This document shows, one piece after another, positions 9,343 to 19,010 of a stretch of 64,000 bases of DNA (position 1 is the stretch's first letter; each line of letters starts with the position of its first letter). The notes beneath the pieces are model-generated. The model did no database searches. It was not told the origin of the DNA and was given only the letters and a program-made list of their open reading frames with translations. The position numbers and the translations under genes are program-made. This stretch comes from an uncultured Chloroflexia bacterium (GTDB lineage: Bacteria; Chloroflexota; Limnocylindria; Limnocylindrales; CSP1-4), in contig OY970218.1 of NCBI GenBank assembly GCA_963713975.1, positions 2,208,001 to 2,272,000 on the forward strand. Reading direction: 5' to 3'.

Positions 9343-11034
9343 TCAGAAGCCGCCGCCCGAGCCCCCGCCGCCCCCGCCGGACCCGCCACCCGAGAACCCT
9401 CCGCCCGACCCGGACGACGAGGGCGAGTTACCGATGGTCCCCAGCGCCGCCATCATCCCGCCGAAGTTGGGGATGGGCGACGAGCTCATCATCCCCGGCG
9501 CCCAGCCGCCGCCGGAATCCGACCCACCCCAGGTGCCACTCGAGCTGCTCCAGTACCACATCGGCAGGTAGGCGCCGCCCGAGCGCCCCGACGTGAGGTC
9601 CTCGACCGACCGCTGCAGGACGCCCTCGACCTCCTCCTGGAGCCCCAGGGCAACGCCCCAGACGACCGCGTCGTCGGGGTCCTCGATCAACGGGATCGCG
9701 GACGCGGTCACGACCTCGCCCATCGAGCGAGACATCGCCATCGTCTTCTCGAGCGTGCGCCGGTAGGCCTCGAGCATCGCGCGGATGACGGCTCCGTCCT
9801 TCGTGCGCGCCGGCATCGCGCTCGAGATCACGAACAGCGCCACGGCCGAGACGATCAGCGCCAGGCCCACGAGGACGAAGCCGCTCGACGGCAGGTTGGC
9901 ACCCGCCACGAGGCTCGCGATTCCTGCCGCCAGCACCAGCACGGCACGGATGACCCAGCGGCCGGTCACCTTTCCGGGAGGCTCCCGGAACCAGCCCTGG
10001 GCCACGAGGTGTGCCTCCAGGGCGGAGTTGAACCGGCCCACGTCCGATCCCAGCTCCAGGATCTCCTTGGGGGCGATGTAGCCCGGACCGCCGCCGATGT
10101 CCCGGAGACGTTCGAGCAGGAACGTGGTGGCCGGATCCATCAGTCGGCGGCGGACCCGCTCGAGGCGCGCCTGCTCGACCGGATCCGGCGGAGCGGCGTC
10201 GATCGTGTGGATCCCGATGTCCGGATCCCCGCCGAACAGCGATTCGTTCGGCTCCGCGCGGAAGCCGATCCGGCCACGGGCCGCGAGGTCCAGGCTCGCT
10301 GCGGTCAAGGCGCGCCGGGTGACGCTTCCGTCACGGACCGCAGCGCCGGCGGCCGGGGTGAGGCCGGGCGGTGGGGCAGGCATGTGGATGGATGGGTCGT
10401 CGAGGTAGACGGGATCCCGTCCGGATCGGTACCAGCTGTGCAGCGCCAGGCCGACGACGACGAGCAGGATGATCGGCGCCAGGACCAGGCCCAGCACGGC
10501 ATTGAGGACCCGGGAGCCAGAGACCCCCGAGATCTTGTCCATCGCGGCCAGCAGGGCCCCGTTCATGTCGCAGTCGCGCAGCTTGGGCAGCATGTCGTTC
10601 TCGAAGATCCGCTGGCGGTCGTCGTTCGACAGCCAGGTCTCCCGGAAGCCGGGTCCGGCGTAGAGCTGCACCTGGCCATGGCACGGGTCAGCCTGTCCGA
10701 GGTCGAACAGGATCACGAGGCCATCGTCGACGCCTGCCCGGCCCACGCCCCACTGGTCCAGGAGAGCCTGGGCGCGCGACTCAGCAGCCGAGGTGCCCTC
10801 GCCGTCCGGGACGAGCTGCGTGTACACGACGATCTCGGCGCCGGTGTCCGCCTCGAACGTGTCGATGGCGGCCTCGACGCGGGCGATGGTCTCGGCATCG
10901 AGCACCCCGGCCGTGTCGTAGACGGCCTGGTCGTTGACAGGGTCCGGGAATGGCGGGCCGGCCGCGGCGGCGATGGCAGGCAGGAGCCCGATTGCCGCGA
11001 CGGCGGCGGCGAGCGCGAGACGGAGGGACCGCAT
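9343..11034 (-). CDS. TPM-domain / DUF2207-like membrane protein
   Basis: Signal peptide; VYDTAGVL..WGVGRAGVDDG; TM helices; terminal GGGFSGGGSGGGGGG. Confidence 0.85.
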   Translation of the reverse strand: MRSLRLALAAAVAAIGLLPAIAAAAGPPFPDPVNDQAVYDTAGVLDAETIARVEAAIDTFEADTGAEIVVYTQLVPDGEGTSAAESRAQALLDQWGVGRAGVDDGLVILFDLGQADPCHGQVQLYAGPGFRETWLSNDDRQRIFENDMLPKLRDCDMNGALLAAMDKISGVSGSRVLNAVLGLVLAPIILLVVVGLALHSWYRSGRDPVYLDDPSIHMPAPPPGLTPAAGAAVRDGSVTRRALTAASLDLAARGRIGFRAEPNESLFGGDPDIGIHTIDAAPPDPVEQARLERVRRRLMDPATTFLLERLRDIGGGPGYIAPKEILELGSDVGRFNSALEAHLVAQGWFREPPGKVTGRWVIRAVLVLAAGIASLVAGANLPSSGFVLVGLALIVSAVALFVISSAMPARTKDGAVIRAMLEAYRRTLEKTMAMSRSMGEVVTASAIPLIEDPDDAVVWGVALGLQEEVEGVLQRSVEDLTSGRSGGAYLPMWYWSSSSGTWGGSDSGGGWAPGMMSSSPIPNFGGMMAALGTIGNSPSSSGSGGGFSGGGSGGGGGGSGGGF

Positions 11035-11060
11035 CAGCGCATCCTACCCGCCCCGGCGGC

Positions 11061-13019
11061 TCAGGTTGGGGCCGGGTGGCGGTCGCGGATCCGCCGGACC
11101 ACGCCGGCCGCCTGCTCGTAGCGCCCGAAGCTGGGCATGAGGTAGGTGCCCGCAACCTCGTCCTCGATGGCCGCCAGGAGGGCGTCGGCCATCTCGATCC
11201 CGGCCTCGGTCCCGGCCGCGCCGGCATCCCGCATCCGGTTCCGTGCAGCTTCCGGGATCGTGATCCCCGGGACCTCGTTGTGGAGGAACTCGGCATGGCG
11301 GGACGACACCAGGGGCAGGATCCCGAGCAGGACCGGGACGGGGAAGCCCCGCGGACCGAAGCGCCGCCGGGACTCCCCGAGCATGGCCTCCACCTGGGCC
11401 ACGTCGTACAGCGGCTGGGTCATCACGAGGTGTGCTCCGGCCTCGAGCTTGCGCTCCAGGCGATCCCATTCCGTGGCTGCATCGTGGGCCGTGGGGTCCA
11501 GGGCGGCCGCGATCGTGAACGAGGCCGCCTGGCCGACGGGGGAGCCGGCCTGGTCCTCGCCGCGGTTGAGGCGGTTGAGGATCTCGATCAGGCCGATGGA
11601 GTCCACGTCCCAGACGCCGGTGCCCGTGGGGTAGTCGCCGACACGCGGCGGATCCCCCGTGAGCGCGAGGATGTTGGTCACGCCCAGGGCGTGGGCGCCC
11701 AGCAGCTCGGACTCCAGGGCCATGAGATTCCGGTCCCGGGTCGTGACGTGGACGACACATTCGAGGTCCAACTGCTGCTGGATACCGAACGCGACCGCCA
11801 TCGCGCCCATGCGCACCCGCGCCATCGCGGAGTCCGAGATGTTGACGGCGTCGGTGCCGGCCTCCTGGAGCAGCCGCGCGGCATCGATCGTGCGCTCGAT
11901 GCGGATGCTGCGCGGAGGGTCGATCTCCACGGAGATGACGAAGCGACCGTCGGCAAGTGCCCGCGCCAGCCGCGACGCCGGCATCGCGGCGGCGGGCTCC
12001 GGCACGGTGCCCAGGGCCGACTCCACGGCGGCCGAGCGCGGCGCGGGGATCACGGTGGCCGGTCCGCTGCCGGTGCCGGCGGTGCTGTCTGCCCTCGCGG
12101 CCGTGCGACGGTCGTCGGCCGTGGTCACGGCGTCGAGGGCGGCGCGCATCGCGGCCACGTGCTCCGGCGTGGTTCCGCAGCAGCCTCCGATGATCCGGGC
12201 ACCCGCGTCGAGCAGGCGCGGGACGATCTGGCCAAAGTAGGCGGGCTCGGCGGCGTAGACGAACCTGCCCTCGAGACGTTGCGGCAGGCCGGCATTGGGC
12301 ATGATCGAGCGGGCGGGGTCACCGGCGGCCGCGGCACCGAAGTCGTCCAGGGCGTCGATGCAGGCGAGCGGGCCAGAGCCGCAGTTGACGCCGATCGCGT
12401 CAACCTGCGCCATCGCGAGCGCGGCGGCGGCCACGGCCGGCGCGGTCCCGTCCGAGAGCGCGAGGTCCTCGCCGAAGGTCATGGACGCGATGATCGGGAC
12501 GTCGGCCGCCGTGCGCGCCTCGTCGATCGCCAGCAGCAGGTGGTTCAGGTCGAAGAACGTCTCGAGGACCAGCATGTCGGCGCCACCCTCGAGCAAGCCT
12601 TCGATCTGCTCCCGGTAGACGGCGCGGACCGTGGCCTCGTCGAGGTGCCGCAGCTCCCGGGTGGGCGGGCCCAGCGGTCCGACGCTGCCACCGACCCAGG
12701 CGTCACGCCCGCTCACGTCACGGGCCTCGCGAGCCAGCTGGGCCGCGCGCCGGTTGAGGCGGCCGGCCTCCGCGGCCAGCCCGAAGCCGTCCAGGCGGGT
12801 GCGAGTGGCGCCGAAGGTCAGCGTCTCGACGAGGTCCGCACCCGCATCGAGGTACTCGCGGTGGATCGTGCCCACGAGGTCGGGACGCGTGGCTGCCAGC
12901 TCGTCCAGGCAGGCGCGCTGCGGGATGCCACGCGAGAACAGGAGCGTGCCCATCCCGCCGTCGGCGAGGAGCGGGCGATCGGCGAGGCGGGCGGCGAAGC
13001 GGGCGCGGGGCTGGCTCAT
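11061..13019 (-). CDS. Bifunctional homocysteine S-methyltransferase / methylenetetrahydrofolate reductase (YitJ-like)
   Basis: LADGGMGT, GVNC, PNAGLP and IGGCCGTTPEH, followed by MTHFR motifs RDRN, ALTGDPP and MTQPLY. Confidence 0.93.
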   Translation of the reverse strand: MSQPRARFAARLADRPLLADGGMGTLLFSRGIPQRACLDELAATRPDLVGTIHREYLDAGADLVETLTFGATRTRLDGFGLAAEAGRLNRRAAQLAREARDVSGRDAWVGGSVGPLGPPTRELRHLDEATVRAVYREQIEGLLEGGADMLVLETFFDLNHLLLAIDEARTAADVPIIASMTFGEDLALSDGTAPAVAAAALAMAQVDAIGVNCGSGPLACIDALDDFGAAAAGDPARSIMPNAGLPQRLEGRFVYAAEPAYFGQIVPRLLDAGARIIGGCCGTTPEHVAAMRAALDAVTTADDRRTAARADSTAGTGSGPATVIPAPRSAAVESALGTVPEPAAAMPASRLARALADGRFVISVEIDPPRSIRIERTIDAARLLQEAGTDAVNISDSAMARVRMGAMAVAFGIQQQLDLECVVHVTTRDRNLMALESELLGAHALGVTNILALTGDPPRVGDYPTGTGVWDVDSIGLIEILNRLNRGEDQAGSPVGQAASFTIAAALDPTAHDAATEWDRLERKLEAGAHLVMTQPLYDVAQVEAMLGESRRRFGPRGFPVPVLLGILPLVSSRHAEFLHNEVPGITIPEAARNRMRDAGAAGTEAGIEMADALLAAIEDEVAGTYLMPSFGRYEQAAGVVRRIRDRHPAPT

Positions 13020-13031
13020 GACGCGGACAGC

Positions 13032-14312
13032 CTAGCGGAGGGAGGGGCGCCCACGCCGTCGTCCGAGGATGAGCCGCCCATCCGGCTCGAGCAGCACCTG
13101 CGGCGCAGCGGGGCGACCGTTGTAGGTCGAGGCCATCGACGCGGCATAGGCCCCGGTCCCGGCGATCGCGAGGAGATCGCCCCGGCGCAGCGCCGGGAGG
13201 TCGTGGCGGCCGAGCGTGTCGGTGCTCTCGCAGATCGGGCCGTCGACACGGGTCGGTACGAGGGAGAACGTGGGTGCCCCGCCGTTGAAGACGGCCGGCA
13301 GCCCGAGCGTGGTCAACGCGACGATCCGGTGCTCCGCCCCGTAGAGGGCCGGCCGGATCAGCTCCGTCATGCCCGCGTCGATCACGACCACCCGCTCGGC
13401 GTCGCCGCGCTCCCGCACGTGGAGCACCGAGGCGACGATCCACCCGGCCGATGCAACGAGGAACCGGCCCGGTTCCACGGCCAGGCGCGCGGGCCGGCGC
13501 TCGTGCGGGATCGCCTCCAGGAGGCCCGCCGCCTCACGGGCGAACCTGGCGGGCGTGGGGACGGTGCCCGGGTCACCGACCGGGAAGCCGCCGCCGACGT
13601 CCAGCGTGTCGAAGGCGGGCTGGCCGGCTCCCAGCAGGGCGCACAGGGCCAACCCGCGCCGGGCGGCGTCACGCCATGCGTCCACGGCGCCGAGCTGGGA
13701 CCCGACGTGGAGGTGGATGCCGCGCGCCACCACCGCCCCGCCTGGCACCAGCGACGCGGCGGCCGCGGTGAGCTCCGTCTCCGTCATGCCGAACTTGGAC
13801 GAGCTCCGGCCCACGGCCAGACCCGCCTGGGTCTCCGGGTTCACGTCCGGGTTCAGGCGCAGCAGCACCTCGAGCGCCGGTCGGTCGGGTCGTCCGAGGC
13901 CCGCACGGGCCGCCATTGCTCCGAGCGCGTCAAGCTCCTCGGGGCTCTCGACCGCTATCCACCGCAGCGGATCCCCGGAGGCCGCGGCACGCACGGCAGC
14001 CCGAAGGTCGGCTGTGGACTTGCCGATCCCCTCCAGCGTGATCCGCTCGTTGGGGATGCCTGCCGCCTTCGCGGCCGCCCACTCGCCGGTGGACACTGCA
14101 TTGGCGTCCAGCCCCAACGAGCCGAGCCGCCCCACGATCGCCGGCACATCGTTGGCCTTGAGCGAGAACGCGCGCAGCCAGGGGTCCGGGAACGCGGCCT
14201 GCAACTCCCGGGCAGCGGCCTCGAGCGCGGCGACTGACGTGACGTGGACCGGCGTCCCGAACCGGCGGGCCGCCCGCAGCAGCGCCTCCCCGTGGACCTC
14301 CGTGCCGTCCAC
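13032..14312 (-). CDS. lysA: Diaminopimelate decarboxylase
   Basis: SLKAN, SKFG, HLHVGSQ, DVGGG, EPGR, GPICESTD, GAY..SMASTYN; GTG start at 14312 inferred. Confidence 0.9.
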   Translation of the reverse strand: MDGTEVHGEALLRAARRFGTPVHVTSVAALEAAARELQAAFPDPWLRAFSLKANDVPAIVGRLGSLGLDANAVSTGEWAAAKAAGIPNERITLEGIGKSTADLRAAVRAAASGDPLRWIAVESPEELDALGAMAARAGLGRPDRPALEVLLRLNPDVNPETQAGLAVGRSSSKFGMTETELTAAAASLVPGGAVVARGIHLHVGSQLGAVDAWRDAARRGLALCALLGAGQPAFDTLDVGGGFPVGDPGTVPTPARFAREAAGLLEAIPHERRPARLAVEPGRFLVASAGWIVASVLHVRERGDAERVVVIDAGMTELIRPALYGAEHRIVALTTLGLPAVFNGGAPTFSLVPTRVDGPICESTDTLGRHDLPALRRGDLLAIAGTGAYAASMASTYNGRPAAPQVLLEPDGRLILGRRRGRPSLR

Positions 14313-14317
14313 GCGAA

Positions 14318-14713
14318 TCAGTCGCGGACTGCCAGCCCGACCACCGCCGTGATCAGCGAGAGCACCGCCGAGGCCACCACGGCCCCGACGAGCGTGTCCG
14401 CCGTGAACCCCTCGGCCGGCCAGCCGCCCACCGTGAAGTCCAGCCCCGCGAAGCTCTGGGCCACCCACGCGATCCCCAGGAGCAGGGCGGCATTGATCAC
14501 GAAGCCGGACAGGCCCATCGTCATCAGCGAGATGGGGAACGAGAGGATCTTGACCAGCGGCTTGATGACGGCGTTCACGACGCCCACCCCGACCGCCAGC
14601 AGGACCAGCTGCGGCGTGTCGCCCACGAACTGGATCATCGACTCCGGCAGGATCTGCAGCAGGAGCACGAACGCGATCGCGCCCGCGGCCACCGCGGTGA
14701 TGAAGCCCTTCAC
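14318..14713 (-). CDS. Four-TM membrane protein (phage holin_4_2 / YvlD-like)
   Basis: GVVNAVIKPLVKILSFPISLMTMGLSGFVINA signature. Confidence 0.85.
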   Translation of the reverse strand: MKGFITAVAAGAIAFVLLLQILPESMIQFVGDTPQLVLLAVGVGVVNAVIKPLVKILSFPISLMTMGLSGFVINAALLLGIAWVAQSFAGLDFTVGGWPAEGFTADTLVGAVVASAVLSLITAVVGLAVRD

Positions 14714-14714
14714 G

Positions 14715-16361
14715 TCAGTCCTCCGAGCGATGGACGATGCGGCCGCCGATGACGGTCAGGCGCACGCCCGTTCCGATGATGGTAGAGGGACCCGTTGCGA
14801 GGAGGTCCCGGTCAAGGACCACCAGGTCTGCGTCCAGCCCCGGGACCACCCGTCCACGCCGGTGCTCGGCGTAGGCCGCGAAGGCGCCCCCGGCCGTGTA
14901 CGCCTCCAGCGCGTCCGCGAGCGGCAGGCGCTCGGCCGGCAGCCAGCCACCCTCGGGCAGTCCGTCCACGGTCTGGCGGTTGACGGCATTGTTGAGGGCG
15001 ATGAACGGGTCGTAGGGGACCACGGGCCAGTCCGACCCGAAGGCGAGGTGCCCGCCGGCGCGACGGATCGAGGTCCATGCCCAGGCCCGGCTCGCCCGCT
15101 CGGGTCCGATGTTCCCGGCCCAGACCGAGATCTGGTTGGGGCTCGGGTCGCCATGGTAGGGCTGCATGGAGGCCATGACGCCCAGCGAGGCGAAGCGGCC
15201 GATATCGGCGGGATCGATGGTCTCGATGTGCTCCACCCGGTGGCGTCGGGCGTGGGTCCCGGGTGCCGCGCCGTCGCCGTGCGGGTCGCCCGTCCAGGGT
15301 CCGTTGACCGTCGCGGCATGCTCGAAGGCGTCGAGCGCCAGGCGCACGCCCCTGTCGCCGATCGCATGGAGCTCGACCTGCCAGCCGCGGCGGTCGGCCT
15401 CCGTGACGAACGCGTCCAGGACCTCCGGCTCCCACACCGGCAGGCCGCGACTCGTGTCGTCCTCGTAGGGCGCCAGCATCGAGGCGGTCCTGGCCTCGAT
15501 CACGCCGTCCACGAAGCCCTTGAGGATCCCCGCATCGAGGCGGTCGCCGCCCCGGAGCGGGAACGCGGCGGCCTCGTAGGCGTCCAGCCTGTCGCGCCAT
15601 TCGGCCAGGGTCTGTCCGGGCTCCATGATCAGGGCGCCGCGAAAGCGCAGGTCGAGCTCTCCGTCGTCGCGAACACGCCCCCAGAACGCGAGCTCGTCGG
15701 GCGTCAGCCAGGCGTCCTGGGCCGCCGTCAGGCCCAGCACATGCATCCCGGCCTGGGCGCGACGGACCGAGGCGCGGTCATCGTCCTCGGTGGGGACTGG
15801 AATGTGGCGCTCGACGAGGAGCTGGGCGTCCTCCTTGAGGGCGCCGGTCGGCTCGCCGTCCAGGTCCCGGACGATGACGCCGTTGGGCGGGTCGGGGGTG
15901 GTCCGGTCGATGCCGGCGATCCGCAGGGCCGCCGAGTTTGCCCACCCGCTGTGGCCGTCATAGCAGCCCATGTAGGCCGGGCGATCCGGGACCGCAGCGT
16001 CCAGCTGGGCCGCCGTCGGCAGGCCACCGGGGAACGGGGCGTAGAGCCAGCCACGCCCGAGGACCCACGGCAGGTCCGGGTTGGCGGCCGCGTGCTCCCG
16101 GATGCGCTGCCCGATGGCCTCCAGGCTCTGCAGCGGGTAGAGCTGGGCATCGGCCAACTGGCGCGCGCCGCTCCGGACATGGATGTGGGCGTCGTCGAAC
16201 CCCGGCATGACGAGGCTACCGCGGGCATCGACGATCTCTCCGGCGGTGCCGGTCTCCTCCTGCCGGCCCACGGCCAGGATCCGCCCACCGCGGGCCCTGA
16301 CGGTGTCCGCCCCTTCGGCGCCGAGGACGCGCCCGTTGATGATCGTCAATTCGGTCGTCAT
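14715..16361 (-). CDS. Amidohydrolase (YtcJ-like)
   Basis: PGFDDAHIH, DGHSGWANS, HAIGDR, RVEH and FGSDWPV motifs. Confidence 0.92.
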   Translation of the reverse strand: MTTELTIINGRVLGAEGADTVRARGGRILAVGRQEETGTAGEIVDARGSLVMPGFDDAHIHVRSGARQLADAQLYPLQSLEAIGQRIREHAAANPDLPWVLGRGWLYAPFPGGLPTAAQLDAAVPDRPAYMGCYDGHSGWANSAALRIAGIDRTTPDPPNGVIVRDLDGEPTGALKEDAQLLVERHIPVPTEDDDRASVRRAQAGMHVLGLTAAQDAWLTPDELAFWGRVRDDGELDLRFRGALIMEPGQTLAEWRDRLDAYEAAAFPLRGGDRLDAGILKGFVDGVIEARTASMLAPYEDDTSRGLPVWEPEVLDAFVTEADRRGWQVELHAIGDRGVRLALDAFEHAATVNGPWTGDPHGDGAAPGTHARRHRVEHIETIDPADIGRFASLGVMASMQPYHGDPSPNQISVWAGNIGPERASRAWAWTSIRRAGGHLAFGSDWPVVPYDPFIALNNAVNRQTVDGLPEGGWLPAERLPLADALEAYTAGGAFAAYAEHRRGRVVPGLDADLVVLDRDLLATGPSTIIGTGVRLTVIGGRIVHRSED

Positions 16362-16412
16362 GGCGTGATCGTACGCGACCGGATCGGCGGTGCAGGGGCG
16401 CGTCACCGGCGC

Positions 16413-16460
16413 TGAAGTCTCGCGTCAGTAGGGGTTTACCGAACGCACCACTCGGGACCT
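16413..16460 (+). repeat. Left TIR of element B
   Basis: TGAAGTCTCGCGTCAGTAGGGGTTTACCGAACGCACCACTCGGGACCT, exact reverse complement of 18725-18772. Confidence 0.95.
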
Positions 16461-16568
16461 TCGTGCCTCCAGGTGTCCCCTGTGGGGACAGCTTCGAGCG
16501 GCCGCGTAGCATGACGAGCCGCTGACGCGTCCACCACGACACTGGCGAGCCACACGAAGGGGGCGCAC

Positions 16569-17182
16569 TTGGACACGAACCGCTCCGATCCTTGGCGCCG
16601 CTTCATCACCGGCGTCCTCGCAAGTGCCGTCGCCTTTGGCGCGATCGCGGTCAGCCCGCTTCCTGTTGCGGCCGAGTGTGATGGCCCCGTCCCATCGTTC
16701 CGAGACGCCCTCGCCACCGCCAAGCGCGTGGTCATCGGAGATGTGATCGCCGTGCGCGACGGCGGCCTCGCCCGGGCTGCGACTAACAATGGATGGTCGA
16801 GCCGCTTCACGCTCCGAGTCCGTTACACCCCCGTCGGCGACGCCGGGCGAACGATGGAGATCAACGATCTGCCGACGCAGCCCTGCGCAGGCGTCATCCA
16901 GGCTCGCGAAGGCGATCGGATCGCGCTCGCGTTTGACGCCACCGACTTCAGCCCGGCGATCCAGGTCAACACGGTCGCCTGGATCCGAGGCACGCCGTGG
17001 GATCCGTCGGCGTTGAGAGGATCACCGTCGCCGAGGTCTTCCGGCTGCTCCGGCTGACGCCGCCCGACACGGCGACGCTCCCGGAGCCACCAGCGCAGGA
17101 GCTTCCCGTCGGCCTGATCGTCGCCCTGGCAGGATTGCTCGCCGGAAGCCTTGCCTGGCGTCGGCGCCTACTCGCGAAGTAG
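16569..17182 (+). pseudogene. Secreted anchored protein (passenger of element B), frameshifted near 17000
   Basis: Signal peptide ending VAA-EC in ORF 16569-17057; homology continues in ORF 16997-17182 (GVERITVAEVFRLL..PPDTAT, TM, RRR). Confidence 0.75.
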
Positions 17183-17237
17183 TGCGAGGCTCGCCCGGAG
17201 CTTCACCGTCCCTCTCGTGTGCGCGGTCAGCAAGGCG

Positions 17238-18683
17238 CTACGGGCGCGTTGACCCGATGGGCGGTCGTCGCGGGGGTCGCTGAAGTGCCTTCTGCCCAGT
17301 GGCGCGCTCCCGAGCTCGGCGCTTGTGCTGTCTGACAAGGGCCGCCGCTCGTATCGGCCCCCGCCTGACGTTGACGGCTCGGATGGCGTCGTAGAGCGAC
17401 GAGGAACCGTGATCGTCGAGCGAGCGCCGCGGAAGTCGAGGCCGGCCCTTGTTGCGTAGAAGGTCGCGGCGGATGATGTCGCGGACGCTCCGCTCGGTCG
17501 CAAGCCCGGCCATCTCGAGGCCCATGAGGTCGAACACGAGCTCGAGCCGGGCTCGGTTGCGGAACACGAGCCTGCGGTCCCCAAGCCGATGGACGACCTC
17601 GCGGAGAACGGTCTCGAGCCCGCCGATCGAGAGCGGCCGGTTCGGATCCCGGACCCGCCACTGGCGTTCCATGAGCCGGCGGTTCGAGCTCATCCAGGCG
17701 AGCGTCTGCCTCGCACCGGCGGCGTGCATGTCGGCCTCGAGCTGCTCCCACCGCGCCCGGTCGCCGATCGCTCCCGGCATCGCCCGCCAGAGCGCGCTCC
17801 TGCGGTCGAAGCCGTCGGCCGCGAGCCGATTCTCGGCGAGCATCCGCAGGTGGGCCTCGCAGACGTAGACCGTCGCCTTCGGCCACGCCGTCTTGATGGC
17901 TGACACGACCGCCTTGCCCTGGTCGCACACCACCCACGATGGCGCGTTCGGCCGTGACTTGAGCACCGCGAGCCACTCCACCGCGTCCCCGCCGCCGCGC
18001 GGAGAGAGCGCCGCAGCGCGGCCCGAGCCGCGCCCGTTCGGATACCCATACACGCCGAGGACGCTGACCGCGCCACGAAACGAGGTCTTCTCGCCGTCGT
18101 CGGCCACGTCCGTTACCACCACATCGAAGGTGGTCTCGTCGAGCGCGACACTGTCGGGCCAGGTCGGCGGGATCAGGGCGTCGCGGACGATCGTCCCGAA
18201 CATCGCGAGCTGGTCCGAGGCAAGCTGCCCGTGCGGACTCGCGCGAAGCATCCCCCACGAGGTCGGCGTGAGGCGGTCGGCGCTCTCGCGCGCATCACGG
18301 CTGGCGCGGCGCATGCTGATCCCCTGCGCGACCTGGACGACGGCGTGCGCGGCTTCCCGAACGGTGAAGGACTGGCGCCGTGTCGTCTGCGGCCCCTCGT
18401 GCCGGTCGAGCGTGTGCTCGCACTCCTCGCAGAAGTGCGGCGTGCCCGCGCCCGACGTGCGATGCCGGCGGGCGAGCCGCTCGATGAATGGGTGCGGCTT
18501 CTCGCCGTTCGCGTGGAGCGGCGGCCGCTTGCCCGTTCTCGGATCTATCCGGGGCACACAACGAAATCGCGGCCGCTCGTGGTGCTGGGTGCGCCCGTAG
18601 AAGCCGTCGAGCCACACGTCGCCCTGGTGCTTCGGGCACTCCGGTCGTCGGGCTGTCTGAAATCCTCGGCTTCGGCATCTCAC
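17238..18683 (-). CDS. Mutator/IS256-like DDE transposase
   Basis: VALDETT (D1), WVVCDQGKAVVSAI (D2), CEAH (CxxH), SIGGLE (E); N-terminal CPKH..RFRCVP..CEEC shared with the element A enzyme; the start must lie inside the TIR, so GTG 18683 is tentative. Confidence 0.8.
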   Translation of the reverse strand: MRCRSRGFQTARRPECPKHQGDVWLDGFYGRTQHHERPRFRCVPRIDPRTGKRPPLHANGEKPHPFIERLARRHRTSGAGTPHFCEECEHTLDRHEGPQTTRRQSFTVREAAHAVVQVAQGISMRRASRDARESADRLTPTSWGMLRASPHGQLASDQLAMFGTIVRDALIPPTWPDSVALDETTFDVVVTDVADDGEKTSFRGAVSVLGVYGYPNGRGSGRAAALSPRGGGDAVEWLAVLKSRPNAPSWVVCDQGKAVVSAIKTAWPKATVYVCEAHLRMLAENRLAADGFDRRSALWRAMPGAIGDRARWEQLEADMHAAGARQTLAWMSSNRRLMERQWRVRDPNRPLSIGGLETVLREVVHRLGDRRLVFRNRARLELVFDLMGLEMAGLATERSVRDIIRRDLLRNKGRPRLPRRSLDDHGSSSLYDAIRAVNVRRGPIRAAALVRQHKRRARERATGQKALQRPPRRPPIGSTRP

Positions 18684-18724
18684 TGGGGTTGTCGGCCATC
18701 CGAGTGTCAGGTCGGATGGCACAG

Positions 18725-18772
18725 AGGTCCCGAGTGGTGCGTTCGGTAAACCCCTACTGACGCGAGACTTCA
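18725..18772 (-). repeat. Right TIR of element B
   Basis: Reverse complement of 16413-16460. Confidence 0.95.
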
Positions 18773-19010
18773 ACCGGCGCGTCACCGGCGCGCCACCGTG
18801 GGTCACCGTGTGGCGTGCGCACGATATCTGGTTGCATGCGCCGGGGACGTGCGGGGGAAGCACGTACATTGCCATTTCGGGGCGGTGCCAGCGTGCTGTG
18901 CTGTCGTGACCATGTCCGGGACGCACGGCCGGGACAGATGACCACGGAAACCGTGCGTCGGACGCACGCCTGTCGCGCCGTGGCAGCGGACCCGCGGCCT
19001 GAACGACGCC

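Larger units (their letters stand above)
16413..18772 (-). mobile_element. IS256/Mutator-like element B with passenger gene
   Basis: Perfect 48-bp TIRs (16413-16460 and 18725-18772) flanked by the 8-bp direct repeat ACCGGCGC (16405-16412 and 18773-18780). Confidence 0.93.

Noticed and set aside
14318-14713. Holin-family gene as a sign of a prophage
   Set aside because: This family is common in chromosomal operons, and no phage genes are nearby
9052-16415. Long + strand ORFs (689, 1095 and 723 aa)
   Set aside because: Antisense shadows of well-supported - strand genes in high-GC DNA; no motifs
16428-16443. GTAGGGGTTTACCGAA inside the element B TIR resembles the regulon box
   Set aside because: Two core mismatches and no nAnnnT hexamer at the 22-nt position at either end
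16549-16561. GCCACACGAAGGG shared with the leader of 55159
   Set aside because: Short and overlaps the SD; plausibly chance
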